A stretch of DNA of 63,174 bases, counting the filler, from Phoronis australis (Eukaryota > Animalia > Phoronida): NCBI GenBank assembly GCA_002633005.1. It is 10 parts of 10 records of this genome, joined end to end, with 100 filler letters (N's around TTAATTAATTAA, not from the genome) between each part and the next. Parts side by side here need not be neighbours in the genome. Positions count along the whole stretch, not along the records: positions 46,356 to 51,280 come from NMRA01002459.1; positions 51,381 to 54,483 come from NMRA01003222.1; positions 54,584 to 58,818 come from NMRA01002053.1; positions 58,919 to 63,174 come from NMRA01000115.1; 6 more parts are not named here. One strand, given 5' to 3'. Position 1 is the first letter of the stretch. Each line of letters opens with the position of its first letter. Of this stretch, positions 50,362 through 62,760 are shown one piece after another. Both the position numbers and the translations under genes were made by a program. Below the pieces are notes generated by a model. That model saw only the letters and a program-made list of their open reading frames with translations, was not told the origin of the DNA and ran no database searches.

Positions 50362-50521
50362 CAGTAGATTGTAAGTACAGGTCATTTTCTTGCCCCGATT
50401 CTCTTCTCCGTCCATAACATTACGATAATCTAACAGTCTTTCCAAAAGGCTCGTCACAGACTTGATGAACTGTGTACCGTTTTTCTGCCATGACGGTTCT
50501 TTTTGTACTTTCTCCAATAAT
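50362..50521 (-). CDS. DOCK3: DOCK3/4 exon (LLEKVQKEPSWQKNGTQFIKSVTSLLERLLDYRNVMDGEENRGKKMTCTYNLL)
   Basis: ccttttag acceptor, gtaaga donor, phase 2-0. ERLLDYR..GEE...KK..CT.NL matches DOCK3/4. Confidence 0.93.
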
Positions 50522-51799
50522 CTAAAAGGAAAAAGTAACAATTTACACGATAAGTAAAAATCAAACTAAGGATTTTCACAAATGCTTGCCCATAAACTAT
50601 CAAGCATATGACTTAACTGCAAGGCAAAATAATAAAATAGTACATTCTACAGTAACTCTCCTGAAACATGCAATAAAGTGACTTCTGGTCTAAGCAGCAA
50701 AAGAAGCGATTTACATAATTAAAAGTCATCCAATAAACAATGCTGATGAACTGAGAATACTGCTGAAGGGTGATAACATCGAATGATATCACAAACATTG
50801 TTGATTTCTGCTATTTATACAGTAGTTCCTATCAACTACATCCATATGAGAAGTGTCCCAATGGCACGAAAAGAGTCCCTCATTTGATTTGGTTGGAATA
50901 AAAGATTGATATTTCTGACTCATGTTCCTTTCAAATAACTAACAGTACGACAGATGGCGAGAGAAAAGACAGTAAGAAACAACAAATTATGAACAACAGT
51001 GACAAGAAAACAGAATCATATCAATCTGCTGTAGCTTGCAAAGAAGTGACAAAACTCTATTCCATGTTGAATTTCGGAACCAAAATTCATTCTGCAACAT
51101 CTCCACTGATTCATTCAGTCTGTTAATTCTCCATAGCTGAAGTCCTTCTCTGGTTTTTCCAAAATTCGATGCAACACGAAGGACACGACACCACCAAATG
51201 TTCCAATTTTGAAAACTACTGCATTCACGCAACTGATTAAACTTATCTGCACACAATATACCAAACACTACAAAAGTAAANNNNNNNNNNNNNNNNNNNN
51301 NNNNNNNNNNNNNNNNNNNNNNNNTTAATTAATTAANNNNNNNNNNNNNNNNNNNNNNNNNNNNNNNNNNNNNNNNNNNNTCTTTAGCTAGACATCTCAC
51401 TTCACTCTTTAGCTAGTCTACTTCTTTGAAAGTACCTTCTCTACACACAAGGATTCCGCAAAAATACAAAATCAAATAAGCCTCTGCGAGATATCGCTAT
51501 GCATTACAATTGAAGCATATGATCACACAACTTTTAAGTTAAAACTTTTGTCTCTAGTGCCGGTCTTGGGTCAACGGCAAGCAGACCATGGTACAGTTCA
51601 ATAATGGTATAGGACCTCGCCAGGACCAAGCAAGAATTCTCGAGATATTGCAATGTATTTTAAATAAGAACACGTGGTTTTGGCTAGATTTTTTGAGCAG
51701 CGAGACAGCTACTGAACTCTACCCAGGATTGTGCTGTTATATTCACAACCACTGGTTTCGAATATATGTAGTGAAAAATCGTGTATGTGGTAAAAAATC

Positions 51800-51913
51800 A
51801 AGTGCCTTCATAAACTTCGGCGGTTTTGTCGGGTCAAGTAGCTAGGACATCTGACTGGTCTGTAAGCCGAACGTCGTCAGCAAGAAGAAATCGGATGTTA
51901 AACCCCATCATCC
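51800..51913 (+). mobile_element. Possible SINE-like 3' end
   Basis: Ends in gatgttaaaccccatcatcc, resembling GAYGTTAAACCCC-type SINE tails. No clear A/B boxes found. Confidence 0.25.
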
Positions 51914-53036
51914 TAGTTGAGCTCTGAGCAGCTATCCCAGGACAATTGAAATAGATCATTTGCCATTTAACTACGATTCTGAATTACGACCTTAAACTTT
52001 TGTCATTATGTGGCGAGCTGTATGCTACGGAGAACGTCGGTGATTCGACCCTCTGTCACATCAAAAATTCTCTAGACTAACTTCCTGGAGAAACTAAACT
52101 GGTTTAATTTGGAAAATAATACAGAAACCGATTTTTGTTGTGGTATAGGTATCCTGTTAATTTGAGTTCTCTGGGAAAGAGGAAACTGTCAGACCTCTAT
52201 AATTAATCAAGAGATGGCCTCAACCAGCCCACAGACAGGGTGTACTAGAAGTGATACTCGTAGTTTCTGACATTTCCAAATTATTATTAGGTGTGGTTGA
52301 TGACAGGTTAAAGCTTGATTTACTGCCGAAGCTCTTGCTAATTTACAGGGTCTGGACTCAGTTTACTAGTTCAGTCAATTGTCTTTCTGCATGCTTCACT
52401 TTGACATTTGCAGGCGTTTTCTTTGTTAACAATAACTACGAATTGTATTTTGCGTGGTGATGATATTGTTATCATGGTTCAAAAAGACGCCCGGAATAAT
52501 AAATGGTATTGAGCTAAGCAGACTAGTCGGTCATTTACTTTAGTGAAATCGGTGTCTTCTAATTAATTTAATCCTCAAGAAGAGTGCCGGCAAAAATTGT
52601 TTGCTTGACTTCTTTTTATTTGGGGATTTTACTTTATTTCTGTTTTTGTTGACAAAAGAAGTTATTACATCCGAAAATTTCAAATTTCAGTTGATCCATT
52701 CTTGTTGTTTTATTTGCCGATTTATATTCTTCATTTCATGAAACAATAGTATCCTTGGGAGGATCTGGATCGCCTTATTTAGTTTCAGATATATTTTCTA
52801 CGTTTTTTATTTGGGGGAAATTGCAGACTTGTTTAATTGTGTGAAGACATGACTATTGCTCTCATATTAGCAGAAGTGAAGCAAGAACACATGTCATTCA
52901 GTTGTTGATAGGACAGGCTTTCTGCTAAAAAATAGTTCAATGCGTTGTTGTGCATTTAGAATGTATTCGTATGAAACACAGACTTGGAAGAAATAGTGAT
53001 TAAATAAATTGTTCTAATTAACTACTTCGTTTTCCA

Positions 53037-53312
53037 ATTATGGCTCCTACACGGTATCTGAATACAATACATTATGGCTCCTACGTTGTATCTGAATACA
53101 ATACATTATGGCTCCTACGTTGTATCTGAATACAATACATTATGGCTCCTACGTTGTATCTGAATACAATACATTATAACTCCTACGCTGTATCTGAATA
53201 CAATACATTATGGCTCCTACGTTGTATCTGAATACAATACATTATGGCTCCTACGTTGTATCTGAATACAATACATTATGGCTCCTACGCTGTATCTGAA
53301 TATAATACATTA
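53037..53312. repeat. Minisatellite, 8 x 34 bp (attatggctcctacgttgtatctgaatacaatac)
   Basis: 53037-53308 is 272 bp, or 8 units, with few variants. Confidence 0.95.
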
Positions 53313-54583
53313 GTTGCTTGATGCGCTACACTTGATAAACATGTTTACGTTCAATATGTCAGAAAAAAATGTTAAGACCAAAACTTTGTTTAAGTTAAGA
53401 TGGGAATTCGGACTTAATTAAGACCAATGAAGAAAGTTCACAAAAGGCAGTTTCATGAGCACAAAGTCGATATTCGATACTCGGTCTTAACTTAGACCAA
53501 AAATTGTCGGTATTTGCCGTTGAAGCCCATACAAACTACGCTTTCAGTACCTGTTGCTAGTTCATAAAATCCCAATTGGGATTCAATCACAGCACTTTGG
53601 ACGCTATTGCGGTCTCTTTTACTTGAGAAGGCACTGGTATGGATTTGTTCCTTAACAGCTATGTCTGTCGTAAATTTCAGTCATCTAGACCAGACATCCA
53701 ATCTATTCCGTTAAGCAGCCTAATTTTCTGCCTTAACTTAGATCGGTTTCCTTTTTAATTTTGTTTTTGAAGATCATGAAACCGAGCAAAGGCAGTTTGG
53801 CCTTAAGTTAGCTCGATTTCGGTCTAAAATAATACTTCAGCCGTTCTCTTCTTTTCACGTACTATTTTAAGCTATTTTACAAATACTGTACGTGCCACAA
53901 ACAGCCGATGATAACGACAGCGCCTCGATCTCAATTAATTCTACCCCGGGGCCCAGGGAATTGGATGGAAATTAACTTTGGAAATTGGCTACTTGATAAC
54001 AAAAACACAATGGATTTTGTCCTTTTACAGCTTTGTTCAAAACAAATAACGTCAAAATGTCTTATCCATACAATAATAATCCATATAGCTCGCTTTCGGC
54101 CCTTAATTAATTGTTTTTGCACTACCTTATTTCACTCACCTGACTGCAGGTATAGCGACAATGAAAACAGGTTCAAAATAAAAAAATTAATGCCGAAAAT
54201 TTCTGAAAATCGGTCCACCCAAAAGTAAGCCTGTGAGCGCATTTTCGGTAACTGTTTGCATGTTTTGAAAATCTAACCGATTGTTCTGAAATAATTATGC
54301 AATATGTTTTGGTGTGTAACATTTTGTTTATTTTGTCATGACATTATATTTTGAAATCGCGATTTCACTCAGATGACTATCATTTAACGAGATATGGGGT
54401 ATTTCTATCGGTAACTAATCGTATTAGCCCAGTATAAAGATTAAAGCCAGTTTTAATTGCACAGTTTCCAAAAATAGGCCCCCNNNNNNNNNNNNNNNNN
54501 NNNNNNNNNNNNNNNNNNNNNNNNNNNTTAATTAATTAANNNNNNNNNNNNNNNNNNNNNNNNNNNNNNNNNNNNNNNNNNNN

Positions 54584-54816
54584 TTGGCGGCATCCGGAGA
54601 CCGGAAGTGGTGGCGGTGGTGTGGTTTATGTCAGACGGGTTTTGTTCCCAACGGTAAATCAATGAAATGTGAATTTTCTGTTAGAATGCACAATTGTGCA
54701 AGCTTACATGTGGGTTTGATTACATTTAGTTCATGCTTGGCTTAAAGACATCGACGCTAAAACGGTATCTGAAGACGATGAGGAAATTATAGCTCCTTCC
54801 AGTGGTTTTGTAGTGG
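54584..54816 (+). CDS. Possible exons of an unidentified plus-strand gene (54584-54653; 54730-54816 reads HAWLKDIDAKTVSEDDEEIIAPSSGFVV)
   Basis: gtaaat donor at 54654, catttag acceptor, gtaagc donor at 54817. One frame is open across the join. No homology recognised. Confidence 0.25.
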
Positions 54817-55271
54817 TAAGCTGCTGAGCCGGAGGGGTTAGTAATAAATGTTAATTACCTGAGGGAAGAAGCAGAATCGCCCAAAACAAAGCGAACAGCG
54901 TGCAAGTCATGATCAAGGTTTGTGGGTACCACGTGACTTGGGTGAGTATTATGACGTAATAAGTATGTATCAACCAATTATTATCAAACCTAAATTTATT
55001 TGTTCTAGACTTCGCGAGAGTAAAAATGTATGTCACAGCCGTGATGTTTCTGTAGTTACAATTCCGTGTTCTTAGCGTGACGTCTTACGTCCGTATTCAA
55101 ATTGTGTAACCCTCGTGTTCTCCTTTAGTACAGATGTAGGTCAAATTTAAATGACGTGACAGAGTAAAATAATAGTGATTTACGCAGATGAATTAATGGA
55201 CCAAGGTCTCGCTTGATGAGCCTAACATTGGAGCAGCAAACTCTTGTCCAAACTCGAGTTTTTGAGTTCTA

Positions 55272-55524
55272 GGGTCTGTTTTATGAAAAGTGACTTTTAA
55301 GACGTAGGCTCCAGTAACTATTTGTGAAAAATAATAATAAACCAATAAAACTGCAAAGTCTCTTAGAGTGCGCACAAGACTGCTAGTAACAGATTTCTAT
55401 AAACTATTTCTAGACTTTGATGTTTGCGAAACCTTTATGCAGCAATTGTGAAATTGTGAAGTGGGAGAACGTAAGACCAAATTTCTGTCTTATGTCCTTA
55501 GGCGACCTTCATGAAACAGTGCTT
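55272..55524. mobile_element. MITE (gggtctgttttatgaa ... ttcatgaaacagtgc); a partial copy of the same family lies at 42724-42785
   Basis: Imperfect TIRs. The reverse complement of the right arm (taagacagaaatttggtcttac) matches taagacagaaatgtggccttac at about 42748. Confidence 0.55.
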
Positions 55525-55594
55525 AGGTTTAAACCAGACTATAGTGCAAGGACCGCCGCTTAGGTTTAAACCAGACTATAGTGCAAGGACCGCC
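55521..55594. repeat. Direct duplication, 2 x 37 bp
   Basis: gcttaggtttaaaccagactatagtgcaaggaccgcc occurs twice. Confidence 0.9.
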
Positions 55595-56504
55595 AAATCC
55601 GTATATTTTCAATGGACGAAATCTGTGATCTTAGGCATAAGCCGTGACATAATTTTTCACTAACGACACCCGGCAAAATTAGCAAGTTTTACTTCCGGCA
55701 AGTACCTCGACTTCTAATCATGGTTGGCTGTTGTGTGCTCGGGTGCTAAAAGTTAGAGAGCTCACGATACCAAAAGTTCTATTATCGGAAGACTTTGAAC
55801 AACGTCTCAATGCCGAAAATATTCATTTCGTTCCACTAGACAGTAAAATAGGTGCTATAATTTTCCCATCACAATACACTAACCGGAAAATGAAAATGGT
55901 AATTTAGGAGAGTGGCGCGCCCTCTAGGATAGTACGTACGAAAATATCGGAGTCACGAATGTGGCTTAAAGTGATAGAAGTACTGTTGGAATAATTAGGC
56001 GTGAACTATGATTAGACAGAATAACAAACGCGTATCTCACGTCTGTACTATACTAGGACAGAAAATGTTAAAAGTACGTTGAATTTGAATGTTAGATCCT
56101 AAAAGACTCATGCGGTACGCAGAAATCGGTCTAAGATCCCGGCATTCGTTTTATCACAAGACTCAGTTTCAGGTGGGTCACATACAGGTACGCGACTGCA
56201 AACCTGCCGCTGCCTTTTTATGACTGAATGCGGATGTTTATCCACCAACTGAGCAAACATAAGACCATATTACTAGCCAGTTTACACGTACTTGGTCTAA
56301 GAACCGAAATAATTATCGTTAATCATTCGAATAAATTTGCATCACGATTTGCAAAGTAAATCTACAGACGACAAAATACGTTGATAAAAAAACATCCATC
56401 ATTTGCTAATGAAACGTACATGTATAACCAAAGAGTAATGGATAGTAAAGCTCATTTGCACAAAGTTCTGATAACCATCTGAGACCTTGATTCAAAATGC
56501 GACT

Positions 56505-56863
56505 CTAAAATCCTGTTTCTTGGCGCTCTGCGTGGTTACCGTGATTGAGGACGTTTGGAGCAATTGGTGTGAAGTCGCCGTTTACATCAAGTTCTGGTGT
56601 TTTGCCACCATCTTCAGAATCTCCCATTACCCGGGCACGACGGCATGATCGACAACTAGCTCCACAAGAGGACCGATTTGTCTGATGGAAAGTTGGCGAA
56701 AACGGAATGTGCCGACATATTTTCCAGCCCCTTAAAAATTTCATGATATATGGCAGTTCGTAAATATGATGCTCCGGATCTCTATCTGGTGGCGTCGTTG
56801 CCTCCTCGTCGCCCTCCACCACTTGTTGACGCCATTTCAAAATGCCTCTTTCTTCGTCACTAC
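56505..56863 (-). CDS. SLC23A: SLC23 (nucleobase/ascorbate transporter) last exon (GSDEERGILKWR...YELPY...HIPFSPTF...ETGF*)
   Basis: acaaacag acceptor. GxxEERG..KW, YxLP and P.SPTF are SLC23 C-terminal motifs. Confidence 0.92.
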
Positions 56864-58073
56864 CTGTTTGTAAAATAAGAATCATACCTTTGTAAAACCT
56901 CAGTAAACCTTTTTTCAGAAAGTTGCACAAAAATCTTTTTTTTTTCCATTTACGGTCATAAACGCGACATATTTGTTTCGGATACAAGCTCATCCCTTGT
57001 CCTGTTTTATATGCTTGCCATTTCAACTGAAGCGGATTGCAGTATATGCTCACCTTTTTCTGTTACGTATCGGTTAGATGTCTCAACCTGGTCCAGTTAA
57101 TGTTGTAAAGAGTCGCCTATTTGAGCAAATTTGTTTTGAGGCAAGAGTGTTGCATGCAGTCGCAGAAAGTATCAGGAGTGGTCAAAAGAATGCTACTGTT
57201 ATGACCAATTTGCATACACGTAATATTGTGAAGTGGCATAGAACGCGAAAAACAAACTGAAGTGCGTTATTCAAAAAGGTTCTGTTCCAGAGATTTCAAA
57301 CTGTTTACCGGGTATTTTTGCGGTTTATCTTGAATTTCTGTTGATGTCAAAGCGTTTTTCATTGACTTACAAATTAAAAAAAATCTGTCACGTGCTCTTT
57401 ACTTCGTCAATTTTTGTCCCACAAAGCAAAGCACGTCACGTTAAAAACCATGGGGTCAAACTTGTTTACATGTACTTGTGATGTTTTTATGTACATTTGG
57501 ATGTTTACCTCTTTTGTTCCGGGGTCAATCTACTGTAATGAATCTGATTGTGAAATTTCTGATATTAGACTGTAATTGAACCGCCCCTCACTTAAAGGGG
57601 TTGCAAACGATTGCACGGCCGCGCCTCTGAATTTCAGTTGCGATTCTTTTAACTTCAGTACCGAAAACGAAATCAACAAGCCACGCTAGAAATTTCATGC
57701 CCGTGACCCTTAACTTGGCACACGCTTGGAAACATTATAAACCCAGGCCAATCTCCATAACCAAAGTTTACACTCCAGACCCTAGCATGGCATCGATCTC
57801 GCACAGGGGTAATGTCTTGGTACTCGAAATCGAAATCGAACTTGTTGGCATTTTCTTTTGAGAACTACATGTAAAGATATGTATCATTTAGTATGTGTTT
57901 GGGTACATTATGGTTTACGCAAATGACTTTCTACTCCTTGATTTCCCCTAGACTCGATCAAAAAACTCGAGTAAAACTCGATCTTAAAATATGTGGGAAT
58001 GCAACATACACTGGTCCCGTGATCAAACTCTGGGTTGAATTATTGATTGACACTTAGTTAAGATGGTCCTCAC

Positions 58074-58169
58074 CTGGCACTGTGTTGTCAAGAAGACATC
58101 CCACGAATCCACCAACAAACATAGAGGTACTGAGCAAAACCGTCAATGCATTGTCTAGTTCAGCATTGC
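58074..58169 (-). CDS. SLC23A: SLC23 exon ([33 protein letters not shown])
   Basis: ccttacag acceptor, gtgagg donor, 96 nt, phase 1-1. VLLxTxMFVGG...LDNTxPG signature. Confidence 0.93.
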
Positions 58170-58555
58170 CTGTAAGGTGTAGAGAGAAAGGGCTGAATAA
58201 AACTGCAAAGGGTTTCAGACAAAATGTACAGGACTGTTCTATTAGCGAGTTTGATAGCAATACTAAGCCTAAGGCGAGAATACGTGAATAAAGCAATTCT
58301 CCAACGTCCTAGCGAAGAACATTTCCCAAAAATAAAGTGAACAACATATTTTCACGTGTCCAACCTTATGTTACAGTGTCTTGGCCACTAACGTAATTGG
58401 TCGGTGACGTTGCGCATTGAGTTATGGGAATAGAATTACTCTTTCCGTTCCATAAGCGAAGAACGTTCGTCTCAAGTGAAGCACAGATATCTTGGGTCCA
58501 AAAAACATAGTCCCGAGGTAGGCCTGTTCATCGAGGAACATCCGAAATGACGTAC

Positions 58556-58641
58556 CTGTTTTGATAATCCCAGGATGGGCGCTCAGCCAGTTGGGTAGCA
58601 TCATACCCAGCATAAGAGAAAGACCCAATATGCACTGGTTC
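58556..58641 (-). CDS. SLC23A: SLC23 exon (RNQCILGLSLMLGMMLPNWLSAHPGIIKTG)
   Basis: tttattgcag acceptor, gtacgt donor, phase 2-1. Matches the SRNLFVLGFS..GLxLP region of SLC23. Confidence 0.88.
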
Positions 58642-58793
58642 CTGCAATAAATGACTGGACAATAGGTTATGCATTTAGGAAGAGAGTGACAGGACCAATA
58701 TGCACTGGTTCCTGCAATAAATGACTGGACAATAGGTTATGCATTTAGGAAGAGAGAGACAGGCCCAATGTGCACTGGTTCCTGCAATAAATG
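58625..58793. repeat. 70-bp tandem repeat (2.4 copies) spanning the SLC23 splice acceptor
   Basis: ccaatatgcactggttcctgcaataaatg recurs at a 70-bp period, with AG acceptors at 58642-58643, 58712-58713 and 58782-58783. Confidence 0.92.
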
Positions 58794-59217
58794 GCAATCG
58801 ATTATTGCGCTTATGAAGNNNNNNNNNNNNNNNNNNNNNNNNNNNNNNNNNNNNNNNNNNNNTTAATTAATTAANNNNNNNNNNNNNNNNNNNNNNNNNN
58901 NNNNNNNNNNNNNNNNNNTGGATTGTAATCTTAACTCATTAACCTGTATCGAGTTGACAGCATAAACATTCAGCATTGATTGATGTAACTGTCACTGATA
59001 AACTTTTAGAAATCATTCCAAACAATAATAATGCTTTGATGTACGAAAAGATCCCGATTGCTACGTCAAGTATCGTATCACATATCACAACATACAAAGA
59101 TTAACCAGACTCTGACTGGCGACTGACTGCCGCGAAGTCGACATCGGCGAGTGCCTCAGTTAACAGGTATCGGTAGAATAATCATGGAATAATCGTTAAA
59201 ATAATCACAAACCTTAC

Positions 59218-59660
59218 CTTTGTATGAGGTCGTGCTTACTTCCTCTCATAGAAGCACCCTTTTTACGCAATCTCAGATTCAGTTGGCACGGATGCAAGCC
59301 ATTTCACCATGTATTTAAAGGGCTCGCGAAATCGAGGCTGTTAATCTATCACCACTAGTACACTCACGCCCTCTAGTTATTGCAGATTTACCGAATAGCC
59401 CCATTGCTGCTGACAATGCCTTCGCGACTTGTGACTGCTACAGCCAAGAAATAAATCGTTGAATTCCACAAAAACCGTGTCCCGTGACTTACATAATTTC
59501 AACAGCGAGGCCTCAGGTAAACCAAATGAACGATTCTCGGCCTACAACTTTCTGATTGCTGTACTTGTTTACGACCGAACATCGTTGGCACAACATGCAG
59601 ACGTCTAAGTCCGGGCATGCGCACTGAATCCCTCATACGGAAGGCTGCGTCATCATAATA
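59218..59660 (-). promoter_or_regulatory. Candidate promoter and first exon of an unidentified gene (possible CDS start MRGSKHDLIQ at 59249-59218)
   Basis: gtaagg donor at 59217. NRF1-like gcatgcgca (59615) and CRE-like tgcgtca (59646) lie upstream. CpG-rich. Confidence 0.3.
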
Positions 59661-60937
59661 TTACAGTACCCCTCATCCTGTGATAGCACAGTGAAAGAAC
59701 CGCGAGTGTGCATAAAGTCGTTGATATATTGTGAAAGGATGCTTATTTGTGCAGTCATGCAGCCACGTTTCCTGTCAAGAACCTTCACTTTCTGATGCGT
59801 AGTATTTCGTATCTCATTTCACTGGATGTTGAAACAAGTTTTCAAATGCAGTCCTTCTGCACACATTCAAAGATTTAAAGCTGCATTCCGTTCTGTTTAG
59901 CTGGCTAAAAAACAAAAATCGCATTAGGCCTACTGACGTAAGTCACAGGCAATGCTTACATGTGCAATTTTCGAATTCTCAGTTTTATGGTTGGCTCACC
60001 CCAATAAAATATGAAGCGATTGCTTCGCTCGCAGATATTCTTGTTGAAAACAGAAATGGAGACAAAAAATATAGAGAAGAATCGATTAGACAAACAAACT
60101 GAACTCAGTTTCTCGATATTTTTTCTCGCAACGAAAGGTACGAATACTGTGGAATTCCCCTAATGCTTATTGAAGACGTTTGTCTCACAATAGCCTGAAG
60201 TCAGTGTACAGTATACGAAATACATGTAACTAAGAAGAGCACTCCCGAATTTGTCGGTTCTCGAAGCTCCTGTTTTCAAAGATAACTTCTTGATGTATGC
60301 CCACGGTGACCGAAATTATAGATCTGTTACCTCAAACGTGTCGAGCCCATTATTTTTTAAAAAACGCATTAGAGGTCGACGATGGATTTAAACGGTTTTT
60401 AAGGGGTCTACGGCGAAAAAAAGTTTGCCGACAACAAATTTTATAACGTAGTGACAGAAGACGGTTAAGAAACAAACATTAACAAAAAGTCACGAAATGA
60501 CTGACGGGAGCAGCGCAGTTTCATAGTTTCAGAAACATGGTTAAATCTTAAGCGACTGAACTGCTTAGAGATTGTCTATAGTCGTGTGAAACGCCGAAAA
60601 TTGCCTTAGCAGTCTTTTTCAAAGACCTGCCTTTTTACTCACAGCGACCAAAACTGAAATAGGTTACTCCATGCGAGGACACCAGAGATGACGTAATACC
60701 AACATTATATTAAAAATGATGTCCTTCCCATCTATAACATCCTAGCCACCACCAAGCAATCCGGTTTCCTTTATTGGTGGTGCAGGACCATACATGTAGA
60801 AAATGTCGTGGCTAACTTTGGAACATCAGATCTTAGAAATGACTGATCGATTTCACCTGAAGCTTCGTGTATGCTTTATGCACTGTTCTCGATTTTAAAA
60901 TGTTCCACTATTGCATGAGGTGTTATAACATAGGACC

Positions 60938-61095
60938 ATGGGCGGCGCACCATAGGTGGGTGAGGGGCTATAGCCCCCCACTTTTTTCAGAGCTACGACG
61001 CACATGGTCTACACCCTGTATAGGCGGTGCACCACATGGGGGCTAAGGGTGCTTTAGCCCCTCCACCCACTTTTTTCAGTGCTGCGCCGACCATG
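60938..61095. mobile_element. Two tandem mini hAT-like MITEs of about 70 bp (CATGGGCG...CGCACATG type)
   Basis: Both share ggcgg(c/t)gcacca...gc(t)atagcccc...cccacttttttcag..gct...catg. Confidence 0.55.
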
Positions 61096-61480
61096 AGGAA
61101 AAAAACTGACTCTGCTTGAAACGAAATCGACGCGATATTTTAGAACTGTAACAGCCTTAATTTCTAAGCTCTCATCTTGAACATTTACATCAAGTAAAAT
61201 TTGGTCATGTTAGTGATACCGTTGATTTGCTTTCAATATACTTTTCCTTTTGCTAAATTTTACCAAAAGGCTGTGGTGGCGCAATTATAGTCAGATTGGC
61301 AGTCTAATAGCTTTCTACTTTCAAGAAATATGTATCATTATTTAGTAAAAATGTATAGCTTTGTGTAGATATTTGGCGGAATACCTAAGATTGTCAAAAA
61401 GGTTCTACACAACCATAAGATCTTGAATGATGTTGCACAGCTTTTAGCAAGTTCACCATTCTAAAACAGTGAACTAAGTG

Positions 61481-62760
61481 CTTTTTATGTGCCCATATAT
61501 TTGTATGTGGACGCATTATGCCGTCATCCACGTCCGTCCGGCGTCCGCGCGGCGTCTGTCCGGCGTCCGTCCGGCGTCCGTCCGGCGTCCGTCCGGCGTC
61601 CGTCCGGCGTCCGTCCGGCGTCCGTCCGGCGTCCGTCCGGCGTCCGTCCGGCGTCCGTCCGGCGTCCGTCCGGCGTCCGTCCGGCGTCCGTCCGGCGTCC
61701 GTCCGGCGTCCGCTGCTCTATCTCCAAAACCCATTGACGTATGTTCATGAAATTTTGCACATGTGTTCCTTTCATGGATGGGATGGCATCCGACAACCGG
61801 TGTGCACCCTAGTGGTCATTTTAATATTTTACGTTTACCTCTATATCTTCAAAGGTCTTCAACGTATTTTCATAAAATTTGGCGAAAAGACATAAATTAG
61901 TGAGATGACGCTCTCCTCGAGTTTTCGGATGGATTCGAAGTGGTTTGCGCCACCTAGTGACCATGTTCGAGTCTGTTTCTTGGCGTTATCAACCAAACCG
62001 CTCTAACCACGATTGTGAAAATTGGCATTTATGTTCTTACTATGATTTTCCGACTTTGACCACTGTGACGCCTCTTATTGGCAGTTTTGTTGTTTTTGGG
62101 GGGCCCACGGCTGTATATCTCAAACCGTTTGCAGGATCTTTACTAAATACACCCAGTGTATTTATATGCTGTTGACATCGGACGACGACGACTTTCGGAC
62201 GGATCTGACTACCGGTGTGCCTCCTAGTGACAATTCTAGTTGTTTACGTTTGCCTCTATATCTTCAAAGGTCCTCAAAGGATTTTCATAAAATTCGGAAT
62301 ATAGGCATCTATTAGTGAGTTTACGCTATCCTCCCGTTTTCGGATGGAATCGAGGTATTTTGCGCTACCTACAGTGTAGTGACCATTTTTGCTGTTTTTG
62401 AGTCTGTTTTTGGCTTCCACCCCTCTATCAACCAAACCATTCTAAAGATTATTTTGAAAATTGGCGTATATGTTCTCAATGTGAAGAGAGCGATTGACGA
62501 TGACGAGTTCGACTACTGTGGCATTTCCTAGTGGTAGTTTGTGTATATGAAGCTAACAATAGACGACGATAACTTTCAGGCGGATCCCACGAACGCTGTT
62601 CCCCCTAGTGACAATTTCATTTTTCCCGTTTTTCTTTGTTTTTCTGAAGTTCCTTGTCTGATTTTTATGAAGTTTTGTAAATAGCTTTCTATTGAAGTGA
62701 TAGTGTGGTCTTGTAACAATTGGTGATGACAAAACGGTACATGATTCGTCGTTCAGACTA
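61481..62760 (+). mobile_element. Helentron-associated/DINE-1-like non-autonomous element
   Basis: TTTTTATG start, short inverted repeat (atgtgcccatat/atgtggacgcat), GTCC-based satellite, then duplicated internal modules (about 61796-62030 vs 62211-62480). The 3' boundary is approximate. Confidence 0.6.
61531..61712. repeat. GC-rich minisatellite, about 16 x 11 bp (cgtccgtccgg)
   Basis: Directly visible; the source of the five repetitive ORFs at 61478-61895. Confidence 0.95.

Noticed and set aside
60600-60690. HDV-like ribozyme on the minus strand (TCCTCGC loop, hairpin, CTAA)
   Set aside because: The P1, P1.1 and P2 pairings cannot be formed with the required spacing.
61478-61895. Arg/Pro-rich repetitive ORFs
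   Set aside because: They are translations of the 11-bp GC-rich satellite.
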